Assembly (NCBI GenBank): GCA_963662545.2
Contig: CAXXLL010000003.1
Coordinates: forward strand, 2,784,001 to 2,848,000
Direction: 5' to 3'
DNA length: 64,000 nucleotides
From: Gammaproteobacteria bacterium
GTDB lineage: Bacteria > Pseudomonadota > Gammaproteobacteria > Ga0077536
Under the pieces are notes generated by a model that was not told the origin of the DNA, ran no database searches, and saw only the letters and a program-made list of their open reading frames with translations. Positions 51,747-61,347 of this stretch are shown here, one piece after another. The translations under genes were made by a program, and so were the position numbers. Within the stretch, counting starts at the first letter, position 1. Every line of letters begins with the position of its first letter.

Positions 51747-52607
51747 TTAGCGGTCGTCCCGGAATTGGCGTTGGAACAGTTCGCGACGCTCCTGCGCATC
51801 GACGGTCAAGGTTGCGATGGGCCGCGCCTGAAGGCGGTCAATGCCTATCTCTTCGCCCGTTTCCTCGCAAAAGCCATATGATCCGTCGTCGATTCGCTTC
51901 ATCGCTTCATCAATTTTCTTGAGCAGTTTTCGGTAACGATCGCGAGTTCTAAGCTCGAGAATGTTGTCACTTTCGCGGCTGGCGCGTTCGGCTTCATCGC
52001 CGACATCGCGTATTTCGGATTTCAGATGTTCGAGCGTTTCCTGGGATTCGATGATGAGTTCTTCACGCCAGTGCTGCAGCTTGTTGCGAAAGTACAGCAT
52101 GTGCTTTGGGCCCATGTATTTATCTTTGGGCGAGGGTTTATAGCTCTTCGATAACTTCACTTTGTCGAGGTTGAAAGTGCGCGTGCGAATCACCCGCGTT
52201 ACCGCCGACACAGGCTTGGCCGCAGCGATTTTCGCGACCGCCGTATTCCGCCTGGTCGCAGCGCTACGCTTTTTCTTGGTAGGGGCTTTTTCTGCACGCG
52301 CGCTCGAGGTCTTCGTTTTTGCGACTTGCTTCTTTTTAGCTGCCTTTTTAGCCGCCGGTCTCCTTTTTGCCGGCGTCTTGCGCGACATGGCCTTTTTCTT
52401 GGCTACTTTCTTCTTTAGCGTTTTTTTCCTGGCTTTCTTTACTACCGCCTTCTTCCTGGCCGGCGTCTTCTTCTTAGCGGTTTTCCTGGTCACTTTTTTC
52501 TTGGCTGACGCCTTCTTTTTCACGGTCTTTGACCGTATCGCCTTCTTTTTCGTCCCTGTGCGAGAATTCGTCTTCTTCGCAGAGGATTTCTTTGTTGCTT
52601 TCGCCAC
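51747..52607 (-). CDS. dksA: RNA polymerase-binding factor DksA with Lys/Ala-rich extension
   Basis: ELRTRDRYRKLLKKID, YGFCEETGEEIG..RL.ARP; GTG start with GAGG RBS. Confidence 0.92.
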   Translation of the reverse strand: MAKATKKSSAKKTNSRTGTKKKAIRSKTVKKKASAKKKVTRKTAKKKTPARKKAVVKKARKKTLKKKVAKKKAMSRKTPAKRRPAAKKAAKKKQVAKTKTSSARAEKAPTKKKRSAATRRNTAVAKIAAAKPVSAVTRVIRTRTFNLDKVKLSKSYKPSPKDKYMGPKHMLYFRNKLQHWREELIIESQETLEHLKSEIRDVGDEAERASRESDNILELRTRDRYRKLLKKIDEAMKRIDDGSYGFCEETGEEIGIDRLQARPIATLTVDAQERRELFQRQFRDDR

Positions 52608-52858
52608 GGTTGTTACCTCTCGTGGGCCTTGATTCGCCGTTAAATTGGCATACGGTGGCCGCCATTCGCTTGATTTGCAGCTTGGGTCCCGAAAACCGGG
52701 GCGCAACATTAATCATTTTCACTGATGAGCGCAATATTGCTCCCGCCGGGAATCTTCTAGCCGGCGGCTATGTGTTTCGAGTGAGCTACCGCGGAGCAGA
52801 ATATCGAAACCGTTTGCCGTGCGGCAAACCTGTACATATGGGATATTCAAAGCGCCTT

Positions 52859-53584
52859 TCACTGGGTCCACCACCGGTCGAGTTCCATGCGAAGTGCGCC
52901 ATAATTCAAGGCATCAGATGTGCTGCGTTCGGTACGTTCCAAACGGACGAGACCGATATGCGGTGCAAACCATTCCTTGCTTGTGACTTCAATGTCGGTA
53001 CGGCCGATGGTATTCCCGACGTCGGTATTGGTCGTACCGCGCCCAGACACCAACAGGCAGCCAGTGAAGCGGCCGGCGGGTGTCTGCACGGTTTCGGTCA
53101 GCGAGTCGATCCGATACTCGACCTCGACCGGGACGTTGATTCTAAATAGGGTTTCCCAAGGCGGTCCCTTGCTCTCGAGCACGGATGTCGTTGTGATGCT
53201 GCGCCATCGCTGCGCCAACGTGGGTGCATGCGGGAGGATCAGTCTCTTTTCCTGATGATACGTAACGGCGCCATCCCTGCGGCGACGCTCGCCGATCCTG
53301 TAAACGCCGTCGGCGTTCAGCACATAATAATAGCGGCGTCCGTCCATCGTTTCTCGTACCGCCGTGCCCTGCTTTGCGCCGACATCGGGGGACACCGTGT
53401 AGATCGCGTAGCGCAATTCGCTGACCCCGTCCATCGTGGTGCGTTCGATGCGATATTGCCAGTGCGATCCTGGAGTAAGGGGAAAGAACGCATGTTCTGG
53501 GGGCGAGGGCGACGACCCGCACCCCCCCAGCAATGTCCAGAGCCCAATGCAGGCCAGGATGCGGCAGGCATTACTCAAACTCAC
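52859..53584 (-). CDS. Putative lipoprotein
   Basis: LGGC lipobox; FFPL.PG..W.Y, TPAG.F, WFAP.IGLV. Confidence 0.7.
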   Translation of the reverse strand: MSLSNACRILACIGLWTLLGGCGSSPSPPEHAFFPLTPGSHWQYRIERTTMDGVSELRYAIYTVSPDVGAKQGTAVRETMDGRRYYYVLNADGVYRIGERRRRDGAVTYHQEKRLILPHAPTLAQRWRSITTTSVLESKGPPWETLFRINVPVEVEYRIDSLTETVQTPAGRFTGCLLVSGRGTTNTDVGNTIGRTDIEVTSKEWFAPHIGLVRLERTERSTSDALNYGALRMELDRWWTQ

Positions 53585-53597
53585 GGCTTAGACCTAA

Positions 53598-53759
53598 GAA
53601 ACCTCTGAATAAGTAATGGCACGCCTGCCTTGCGCCTGAAATCGCGGAGCCTTACGTTACGAATCTTGCCCATAGTCCCCGCTATGGCCTGCAATTCGTG
53701 CCTTGATCTGCACGATTGCATGCACCGTTCACCCGCACCATAACTTATTCAGAGGTTTC
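53598..53759. mobile_element. 162-bp MITE copy 2 (intact)
   Basis: Perfect 17-bp TIR GAAACCTCTGAATAAGT / ACTTATTCAGAGGTTTC; CTAA on both flanks. Confidence 0.9.
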
Positions 53760-54199
53760 CTAAAGAACCGGGTGCCCAAAACCATTCGTAATGAACCACG
53801 CATCAGTTCAACCGGTAAGATCCTGGCTAGGTACTCGACCGAGGCAGATTGTGGTCGCCGATCACGCACATGGCGTCACGCGATCATAATGTTCCAGTGA
53901 GCAAGATTTTCGGCGGCGTTTAGGGACCGGGGAGCCGACGGAATCAGCAACGCGGATCCGATAACCCGGCGGCGGGGTGCGATTGCTTCCCCTATGCAAA
54001 TGGGTCTAGTAAACTCTGCGCAGCGCGGATCCGGGCGAAAAACACAAGCCGATTTTGCTCCGCGGGAACTCGAAATGAGAGGGTCCCCAGGGTTTAGGGG
54101 GTAGCGAAAATCGAGCCGCAACCGCCCGGGGAAAGACTTCGAATCATATCTAACGTGGATGACCGGCTGCCGATTCGCCGATGTAGTAAGGGGATACGC

Positions 54200-54523
54200 A
54201 TGTGCAGTCGAATAATCTCGGTTCTGCTGGCGGCAACGCTCGGGATACTGGCGACTCCGGTTTTCGCGGACGGCGATGCTGGCGCGGGTCGTCAAAAGGC
54301 CGAAACCTGCATGGGATGCCACGGAGTCAAGGGCTATTTCAACGTCTACCCGACCTACCACGTGCCGAAACTCGGCGGGCAGGGTGCTCAGTACATTGCA
54401 AGCGCGCTAAAGGCTTATCAACAGGGCACGCGCACGCATGGCACGATGCACGCCAATGCCGAAAGCCTGAACGATCAGGACATCGCCGATATCGCGGCAT
54501 TCCTGGAAAACTACGAAGACTGA
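54200..54523 (+). CDS. Monoheme cytochrome c (c553/c4-like)
   Basis: Signal peptide; CMGCH; PKLGGQ; distal Met. Confidence 0.93.
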   Translation: MCSRIISVLLAATLGILATPVFADGDAGAGRQKAETCMGCHGVKGYFNVYPTYHVPKLGGQGAQYIASALKAYQQGTRTHGTMHANAESLNDQDIADIAAFLENYED

Positions 54524-54563
54524 TCTTCAAGCGGCGTCCGGCGGCGCTGTGGGGGTATGTTGT

Positions 54564-54923
54564 ATGAAGCTTAAAAGGTTCATGGGAATTCTCGTGTCGT
54601 TGGGACTGGCGTTCTCCACCGGTGCGGCCATGGCCGCTGAGGAAGCGAGCGACGAGAACGGCATGAGCTTCGATGCCAAACTGCAGTCGTGTTTCGCCTG
54701 CCACGGGGAAAATGGGGATAAACCGCTGCTGCCGGATTATCCGATCCTCTCCGGGCAATACGCCGATTACCTCGCCCAGGCACTCAAATCCTATCGCTCC
54801 GGCCGTTGGCAGCATCCGATCATGAACGCCCAGGTCATGGCGCTCGGCTTGACTGATGCCGACATCGAGGCGTTGGCCGCGTATTTCGCCTCAAAGAAAG
54901 GCTTGATCAACCTCGGCAAATAG
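54564..54923 (+). CDS. Monoheme cytochrome c (c553/c4-like)
   Basis: Signal peptide; CFACH; PILSGQ. Confidence 0.93.
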   Translation: MKLKRFMGILVSLGLAFSTGAAMAAEEASDENGMSFDAKLQSCFACHGENGDKPLLPDYPILSGQYADYLAQALKSYRSGRWQHPIMNAQVMALGLTDADIEALAAYFASKKGLINLGK

Positions 54924-55055
54924 GCGCTCGCTGCCCCAAATCAACGGAAAAAAGAATAAATATCTAATTTTTAATTCCATTCTCTCATAAGACGGTCCTG
55001 CCCGATTAGGATCTGCTTTATAATCTCTACTCAGCAGATACCCCAATTTGACACT

Positions 55056-55165
55056 ACGCCAGGCCGTCACCCCGGTGACTGTCTAATCGGCCGGCCTCGG
55101 AGGGGGGCCGAAAGAGGATGAGCGTCGGGTCGATGCTGCGAGACCTGGCGTCACCCGGCCAGGTC
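55056..55165 (+). ncRNA. Candidate structured cis-regulatory leader RNA
   Basis: Closing stem ACGCCAGG/CCTGGCGT around three hairpins; alternative stem GACCTGGC/GCCAGGTC. Confidence 0.45.
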
Positions 55166-55177
55166 CACCACGACATA

Positions 55178-55215
55178 TAAAAGAATAATGAGCACGTAAA
55201 AGAATAATGAGCACG
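55178..55215 (+). repeat. 19-bp tandem duplication spanning the start codon
   Basis: TAAAAGAATAATGAGCACG twice. Confidence 0.92.
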
Positions 55216-56577
55216 CGATCTTCAATCACCCCGGCACTGTCCTCGCGTAGCGGATTTCTCCCACGTAAATTCCGCGTCTACACCGAGCGGCAGATGGATC
55301 AAATCGAACCCGTATCCAGGCTCGATCCCGAGCAGCGTTTCGCCATGCACGTCGTGGCCAACGTCCTCCCATTTCGGGTCAACCAGTACGTCATCGAGGA
55401 GCTGATTGACTGGGGCAATATCCCGGAAGATCCGGTCTTTCAGCTCACCTTTCCGCAGCGCGGGATGCTGGACGAGGAATCGTATTCCCGCATGTCATCG
55501 CTCCTCTCCGATGAACCGGATGCCCGGGAAATTCGCGAATTAGCGACCGAATTGAGGCAAGCGCTGAATCCGCACCCGGCGGGACAGAAAACCCTCAATG
55601 TGCCGCATATTGACGGCAAGGCGCTCCCGGGTATGCAGCACAAATATGACGAAACGGTGCTGTTTTTTCCGAGCCAGGGGCAGGTTTGCCACGCTTACTG
55701 CACGTTCTGCTTCCGTTGGGCTCAGTTTGTCGGCGACAAAGCGCTGCGCTTCGCCGCCGCAGAAGCCGGTGAGTTGAAGCGTTATCTCGCCGAGCACCGC
55801 GAGGTCAGCGATGTCCTCGTCACCGGGGGCGACCCGATGGTGATGAAAGCCAGTAATCTCCGGACCTATCTCGAAGCGCTCCTGGCACCCGAACTGGAAC
55901 ACGTACAGACCATCCGAATAGGTACCAAGGCGCTGAGCTATTGGCCGTACCGCTTCGTCACCGACGAAGACGCTGACGATTTGCTACGCCTTTTGGAGAA
56001 TTTGGCGGAGCGCGGTAAACACGTTGCCATCATGGCTCACATCAACCACTGGCGAGAGCTCGAACCGCCGATCGTCGCCGAGGCCGTTCGGCGGCTACGC
56101 GACGCCGGGGCAGTTATTAGGGCGCAAGCGCCGCTGCTGGCACACATCAACGACGATGCATCGGTCTGGGCGCGCCTCTGGCGTGAAGAGGTCAAACTAG
56201 GTATCCACCCCTATTACATGTTCGTCGAGCGCGATACCGGCGCCAGGCGCTATTTCGAGGTACCGCTCGTCGACGCCTGGCACATCTACCGGAATGCGAT
56301 GAAGGGTGTCTCGGGGCTTGCCCGCACCGCGAGGGGGCCGTCGATGAGCGCGGGGCCGGGTAAAGTCGAGATCCAGGGCGTGACCGAAATTCAGGGGGAG
56401 CGGGTATTCGCGATGCGGTTTATCCAAGGGCGGAATCCTGACTGGGTACAGCGCCCGTTTTTTGCCCACTACGACGACACGGCGACCTGGCTCGACGATC
56501 TCAAACCCGCGTTCGGGGATCGCGAATTCTTCTTTGAAGCCGAATACCGGAGCATGCTCGAACTCGTCGCTCATTGA
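55207..56577 (+). CDS. KamA-family radical SAM protein (lysine 2,3-aminomutase-like)
   Basis: HKYDETVL, CHAYCTFCFR, TGGDP, RIGTK. Confidence 0.88.
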   Translation: MSTRSSITPALSSRSGFLPRKFRVYTERQMDQIEPVSRLDPEQRFAMHVVANVLPFRVNQYVIEELIDWGNIPEDPVFQLTFPQRGMLDEESYSRMSSLLSDEPDAREIRELATELRQALNPHPAGQKTLNVPHIDGKALPGMQHKYDETVLFFPSQGQVCHAYCTFCFRWAQFVGDKALRFAAAEAGELKRYLAEHREVSDVLVTGGDPMVMKASNLRTYLEALLAPELEHVQTIRIGTKALSYWPYRFVTDEDADDLLRLLENLAERGKHVAIMAHINHWRELEPPIVAEAVRRLRDAGAVIRAQAPLLAHINDDASVWARLWREEVKLGIHPYYMFVERDTGARRYFEVPLVDAWHIYRNAMKGVSGLARTARGPSMSAGPGKVEIQGVTEIQGERVFAMRFIQGRNPDWVQRPFFAHYDDTATWLDDLKPAFGDREFFFEAEYRSMLELVAH

Positions 56578-56686
56578 CTGACGCCGGATACGGCGCCGAA
56601 TCTCCGAATTTTCTACAAGTTTACGTGGTCCAATGACTTGATCCGCGGCGCGGGCATGCGAGGATGCGCGTCATAATCGAGTACTA

Positions 56687-57958
56687 ATGGCCCCGAAATT
56701 GCGCAAATTCAAACAAGCTTCTGTTCCCGTCCTCATTCTGGTCGTCGGGCTGGCTTTGGCCGCGTACTTCGTGGGCTCACGTCCGCGCGCGCTGCCGAAA
56801 TCCCCGGAAGAGAAGGTATGGCCGATCGCTGTGACCGAGGTCGCGCGTCGGGACGTACAGCCCGACATTCGTGTTTTCGGTGAGATCCAGGCAGGCCGCG
56901 AGGCGGAGATCCGGGCCATGGTGGCGGGGCAGTTGGTGGAGCTGAACCCGGAATTCCGTGATGGCGCGCTCATCCGGGCCGGGACGCAACTCGCCATAAT
57001 CGATCCCGTTGACTACGAAATCCACCTGGCCGAGCAGCGCGCCGAACTCGCGCAGGCCCAGTCGCTGCTGCACGAATACGAACGCGAACGTGTTTGGGAA
57101 TCGAAACTCCTGACGAATGCCAAACGGCAGGTCGAACTCGCCCGGCGGGGCTTGGAGCGTGCTACTAAACTCGCGAGCACCGGGCGCGATAGCAAGAAAG
57201 CCCGGGACGACGCCGAAATACAGCTCGCCACAGCCAAGCAGACTGAGCTGCAAAAAGCACAGGCGGCGGCGCGGATGGCCGCACGGATCGAGCAGCAGCG
57301 GGCGGCCTTGCAACGCGTGCAAGCGACGCTCGCTTCGGCCGAACGTGATCTCGCACATACCCGGGTCGTTGCACCCTTCGACGGCCATATCGCCGACGTA
57401 CGGCTCGCGCTGGGGCAGCGCGTTGCCGTGGGCGAGAGTCTGGGGCGGCTGCTCGCCGCAGACGAACTCGAAGCACGGTTCGAAATTCCGGAAGCAGATT
57501 TCTCGCGTTTGCTGAACACCGATGCGGGTGGGAATGCACTACGGGCGGTGATCGGTCGTAAAGTCGAAATTGCCTGGCGGCTCGGCGACGAAACGCTGCG
57601 CTTCGACGCCCAGATCTCCCGCATTGGAGCGGAGATCGACGCCGCCATGGGCGGCATCGAGATGTTCGCCATTCTGCGCGGAAATGCGACCGATTCCGGC
57701 CTGCGTGCCGGGGCGTTCATCGAAGTTAAAGTGGCCGACGTCGAATATCGTTCGGTATTTGTCGTGCCCGCGAAAGCGGTCTCCGATGAAGGCCTCGCCT
57801 ATGTATTTGATGGTGATCGACTGCAGCAGGTCGAAGTACGCGTGTTACGGAAAATGGGCGACGAACTGATCATCGACGGGCCACTCGATGACGGTGCAAA
57901 AGTAGTCGCCAAGCAGTTCGCGGGCATCGGTCCAGGACTCAAAGCGCGGGCCTTATGA
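56687..57958 (+). CDS. RND efflux periplasmic adaptor (MFP)
   Basis: N-terminal TM, coiled coil, APFDG. Confidence 0.9.
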   Translation: MAPKLRKFKQASVPVLILVVGLALAAYFVGSRPRALPKSPEEKVWPIAVTEVARRDVQPDIRVFGEIQAGREAEIRAMVAGQLVELNPEFRDGALIRAGTQLAIIDPVDYEIHLAEQRAELAQAQSLLHEYERERVWESKLLTNAKRQVELARRGLERATKLASTGRDSKKARDDAEIQLATAKQTELQKAQAAARMAARIEQQRAALQRVQATLASAERDLAHTRVVAPFDGHIADVRLALGQRVAVGESLGRLLAADELEARFEIPEADFSRLLNTDAGGNALRAVIGRKVEIAWRLGDETLRFDAQISRIGAEIDAAMGGIEMFAILRGNATDSGLRAGAFIEVKVADVEYRSVFVVPAKAVSDEGLAYVFDGDRLQQVEVRVLRKMGDELIIDGPLDDGAKVVAKQFAGIGPGLKARAL

Positions 57959-57961
57959 ACA

Positions 57962-58217
57962 CTAGCCCGCATATCTCACCAGCCTTCTGCTGCGGCGGCC
58001 CAATGGCACGCCCTGACTGGCGTTCGCTCGGTCGGAATGCTCAACGTAGTTTCACCTACGCCTAGGCGTTCCTCGGTCGCGACAAGTCCGCCGGGAGCGG
58101 ACTTGAACAGCCGCCAGGCTGGCCCGAAGGGCGGAGGGCAGGACGCCCGGAGTTACGCCAGCCATGCCGCACCCTTGAACCACCTCGCGACGAACGCTGG
58201 TGAGATATGCGAGCTAG
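57962..58217. mobile_element. MITE inserted at CTAG in the start of the RND gene
   Basis: CTAGCCCGCATATCTCACCAGC ... GCTGGTGAGATATGCGAGCTAG (21/22 inverted match); palindromic interior. Confidence 0.88.
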
Positions 58218-61200
58218 CAGCCGCGGCCCGATAGCACTTTTTGCGGAACATCGCACGGCGGCCAACCTGTTGCTGGCGCTGATGTTCGTCTGCGGTTTGT
58301 TCGCACTGACCCAGATCAACCGCCAGTTCTTCCCCGATTTCGGCATCGACATGGTAACCGTAACGGTCAGCTGGCCGGGTGCCACGGCGGCAGATGTCGA
58401 CGCCAACATCGTGCAGGGCATCGAGCCGGAAGTTCGCTTTCTCAGCGGCGTCAAAAAGGTGATCTCGTCGTCATACGAAGGCGTTGCCAGCATTACCATC
58501 GAATTTGAACCGGGCTACGACATGCAGGAAGGGCTGTCGGACGTCGAATCGGCGGTCGGCCAGGTACGGACCCTGCCGGAGGATTCGGAGCGGCCGGAGG
58601 TTCGGCACATCGTGCGCTACGAGACCGTCTCGCGGCTGGTTCTATCCGGGCCCTTCCCAGAGCATTCACTGAAACAATACGCCAAACGGATTCGTAACGA
58701 ATTGCTGAGCCGCGGTATCGATCGGATTGATTTCTATGGTGCCCGCGATGAGGAAATCTGGGTTGAAATCCGACCCGAGGTACTGCGCAAACTCGATCTA
58801 AAGCTCGGCGACATCGCTGAGAGGATTCGAGAGACATCGCAGGATCTGCCATCCGGTGAACTCGCGGGTGGCGAACGCCAGGTCAGAAGCCTCGGGCTCA
58901 TGCGCGAAGCCGGCGAGATTCGCGAGGTCGAAATCAAGTCCCTGGCAGACGGCCGCAAGATCCTGCTTGGCGACGTCGCGCGCGTAACCGAGGCATTCGA
59001 AGAGGGGGGGAAGAAGGCGATACGGCTTGGCAATCCTGCGATCGAGCTTCGCATCCTCCGCTCCATCAACACCGACGCGCTGACCGTGTCGGAAACCGTC
59101 AGGGACTACGTCGAGGAAGTCGCTGCAAGCCTACCACCCCAGCTGAGCGTGGAGGAATTCGACGTGCGCGCCAAGTCGATTCGCCAACGCATCGATCTGC
59201 TCGTGGGTAATGGCTTGGGAGGCTTGGTCCTGATCCTCGCCGTCCTGTTCCTGTTCCTGAACGTACGGGTTGCGATCTGGATTGCCGTCGGGATCCCTGC
59301 ATCATTGCTGGCGGCGGTCGCGATCATGTGGTTGAGCGGTCAGACCATCAACATGATCAGCATGTTCGGCATGATCATGGCCATCGGCATCGTCGTCGAC
59401 GATGCGATCGTCGTCGGCGAACACGCCGAGCAAAAATTCCGGGAGGGCATGCCGGCGATGGATGCAGCGATCGCAGGCGCGCGGCGCATGGCGGCACCAG
59501 TATCGAGCTCGACCCTGACGACCGTCGCCGCGTTCATGCCGCTGTTCCTGATCTCCGGCATCATGGGTCAGATCATCTCGGCGATTCCCTTCGTCGTCGT
59601 CGCGGTCCTGCTGGCGAGCCTGCTCGAATGCTTTTTCGTGCTACCCGGTCACTTGAGCCATGCCTTGAAGCCGATGTCGACAGCAACGCGCGCCGGTCGC
59701 CTACGCGAACGCTTCGACACTGCGTTCGCACGATTTCGCAATCATCGCTTTCGCCGCATCGCCGAGCACGCGATACGCAATCGATATACTACGGTGGCGT
59801 TCGCCGTCTCCGCATTTATCATCGCCGTCGCCGTCGTGGTCGGCGGCCGCGTCGGTTATCAATTCTTCCCATCGCCCGAACCCGACAAGATCTACGCGAA
59901 CCTCGAGATGGTCGCCGGTACCTCGCGCGACGATACGCGGCGCGCGATTCTGGAAGTCGAGGACGCTCTGTATCGCGCGGTCGGCGCTCTGGTGGAAGAT
60001 CCGGAAGATCTCATCGTCATGTCACTCGGCAAGATCGGAACGACCATGGGCGGGAGTTCGTCCGCGGCCTCGATCGGTAATACCGACACCATCGGCGGGA
60101 TCATCGTCGAACTCGTCTCGTCGGATGCGAGAGGCATTCCTGCCTCACTGGTCATGCGAAACTGGCGCGAAGCGGTCGACAAACCGGCAGGACTCGAATC
60201 ATTGACTTTTACGGGGCAGCGAACCGGTCCGCCCGGGGGCGACTTGGACATTCGCCTCAAGGGGGGATCGATCGAGGATCTAAAGCAGGCAGCGGGCGAT
60301 CTTGCCGAATTATTGTCGCGTTATCCGGGCTTGGCCGACATCGACGACAACCTCCCTTACAGCAAGCCGGAGGTCGTGCTGAAAGTCAATGCGCGCGGCC
60401 GCGCGATGGGATTTACCACCGCCGACGTCGCCCGGCAGGTACGCAACGCCATCGACGGCGCGATAGCAAAGCGCTTCCCCCGCGGCAATGAGGAAATCTG
60501 GGTGCGTGTGCAGTATCCGCGCGAGGTCGTCGATAACGCCTTACTCGATAACTTTTATCTGCGTTCTCCCGCGGGGAGACATGTCGCCCTCAAGGAAGTC
60601 GTGGATTTTCGCGAGTCTATAGGCTTCGCCAGGATTCGGCGCGAAGACGGGCAGCGCGAGGTCTCCGTCAAGGCCGAGGTCGATATGCTTGTCACGCGAC
60701 CCGATCGGATCATAGAGGCGGTGCAGCGCGACGGCTTGATCGATATCGCCGAACGTTACGGTCTCGATTATTCTTTCGCGGGCCGCGCGGAAGACCAACG
60801 TGAAACGACCTCCGACATGTTCATCGGTGCCGTGCTCGGTCTCATCTTCATCTACATCATTCTCGCGTGGGTATTCTCGAGCTACCTGCGTCCACTGGTG
60901 GTCATGGCGGTGATTCCGATTGGATTCGTCGGCGCCGTGATCGGCCATGGACTGTGGGGTTTCGACCTGACGATCTTAAGTTTTTTCGCCGTCCTCGGAC
61001 TGTCAGGCATCGTCATTAACGATTCCATAGTGCTGGTCACGACCATCGATGATCGACTGCGCGTCGAACCGTTGCTGGACGCGCTGGTCAATGGTACCTG
61101 CGACCGCCTGCGAGCGGTGCTGCTGACCTCGGCGACGACGATCGGCGGACTCAGTCCGATCTTGTTCGAGAAAAGCCTGCAGGCCCAGTTCCTGATCCCA

Positions 61201-61347
61201 ATGGCCCTGACCCTGGTGTTCGGTCTGGCGGTGACGACCTTCGTCGTGCTGCTGCTGGTGCCGGCCCTGATCATGGTCCAGGCAGACCTCACCGAGATGG
61301 TTCGGCGGCGCTTTGCTACGACCGCGACGGCTCCTTCGGCGGTCTAG
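58207..61347 (+). CDS. RND efflux permease (AcrB/AcrD/AcrF family)
   Basis: GIVVDDAIVVGE, RLRAVLLTS; multiple TM segments. Confidence 0.94.
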   Translation: MRASSRGPIALFAEHRTAANLLLALMFVCGLFALTQINRQFFPDFGIDMVTVTVSWPGATAADVDANIVQGIEPEVRFLSGVKKVISSSYEGVASITIEFEPGYDMQEGLSDVESAVGQVRTLPEDSERPEVRHIVRYETVSRLVLSGPFPEHSLKQYAKRIRNELLSRGIDRIDFYGARDEEIWVEIRPEVLRKLDLKLGDIAERIRETSQDLPSGELAGGERQVRSLGLMREAGEIREVEIKSLADGRKILLGDVARVTEAFEEGGKKAIRLGNPAIELRILRSINTDALTVSETVRDYVEEVAASLPPQLSVEEFDVRAKSIRQRIDLLVGNGLGGLVLILAVLFLFLNVRVAIWIAVGIPASLLAAVAIMWLSGQTINMISMFGMIMAIGIVVDDAIVVGEHAEQKFREGMPAMDAAIAGARRMAAPVSSSTLTTVAAFMPLFLISGIMGQIISAIPFVVVAVLLASLLECFFVLPGHLSHALKPMSTATRAGRLRERFDTAFARFRNHRFRRIAEHAIRNRYTTVAFAVSAFIIAVAVVVGGRVGYQFFPSPEPDKIYANLEMVAGTSRDDTRRAILEVEDALYRAVGALVEDPEDLIVMSLGKIGTTMGGSSSAASIGNTDTIGGIIVELVSSDARGIPASLVMRNWREAVDKPAGLESLTFTGQRTGPPGGDLDIRLKGGSIEDLKQAAGDLAELLSRYPGLADIDDNLPYSKPEVVLKVNARGRAMGFTTADVARQVRNAIDGAIAKRFPRGNEEIWVRVQYPREVVDNALLDNFYLRSPAGRHVALKEVVDFRESIGFARIRREDGQREVSVKAEVDMLVTRPDRIIEAVQRDGLIDIAERYGLDYSFAGRAEDQRETTSDMFIGAVLGLIFIYIILAWVFSSYLRPLVVMAVIPIGFVGAVIGHGLWGFDLTILSFFAVLGLSGIVINDSIVLVTTIDDRLRVEPLLDALVNGTCDRLRAVLLTSATTIGGLSPILFEKSLQAQFLIPMALTLVFGLAVTTFVVLLLVPALIMVQADLTEMVRRRFATTATAPSAV

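Noticed and set aside
55112-55145. GATGAG...CGAGAC as a hammerhead ribozyme or cobalamin-riboswitch box
   Set aside because: Required core residues (CUGANGA and GAAA in order; GGGAA and GCAACTGT) are absent.
55207-56577. Calling this gene epmB or kamA
   Set aside because: No efp or lysine fermentation genes nearby, so specificity is unsupported.
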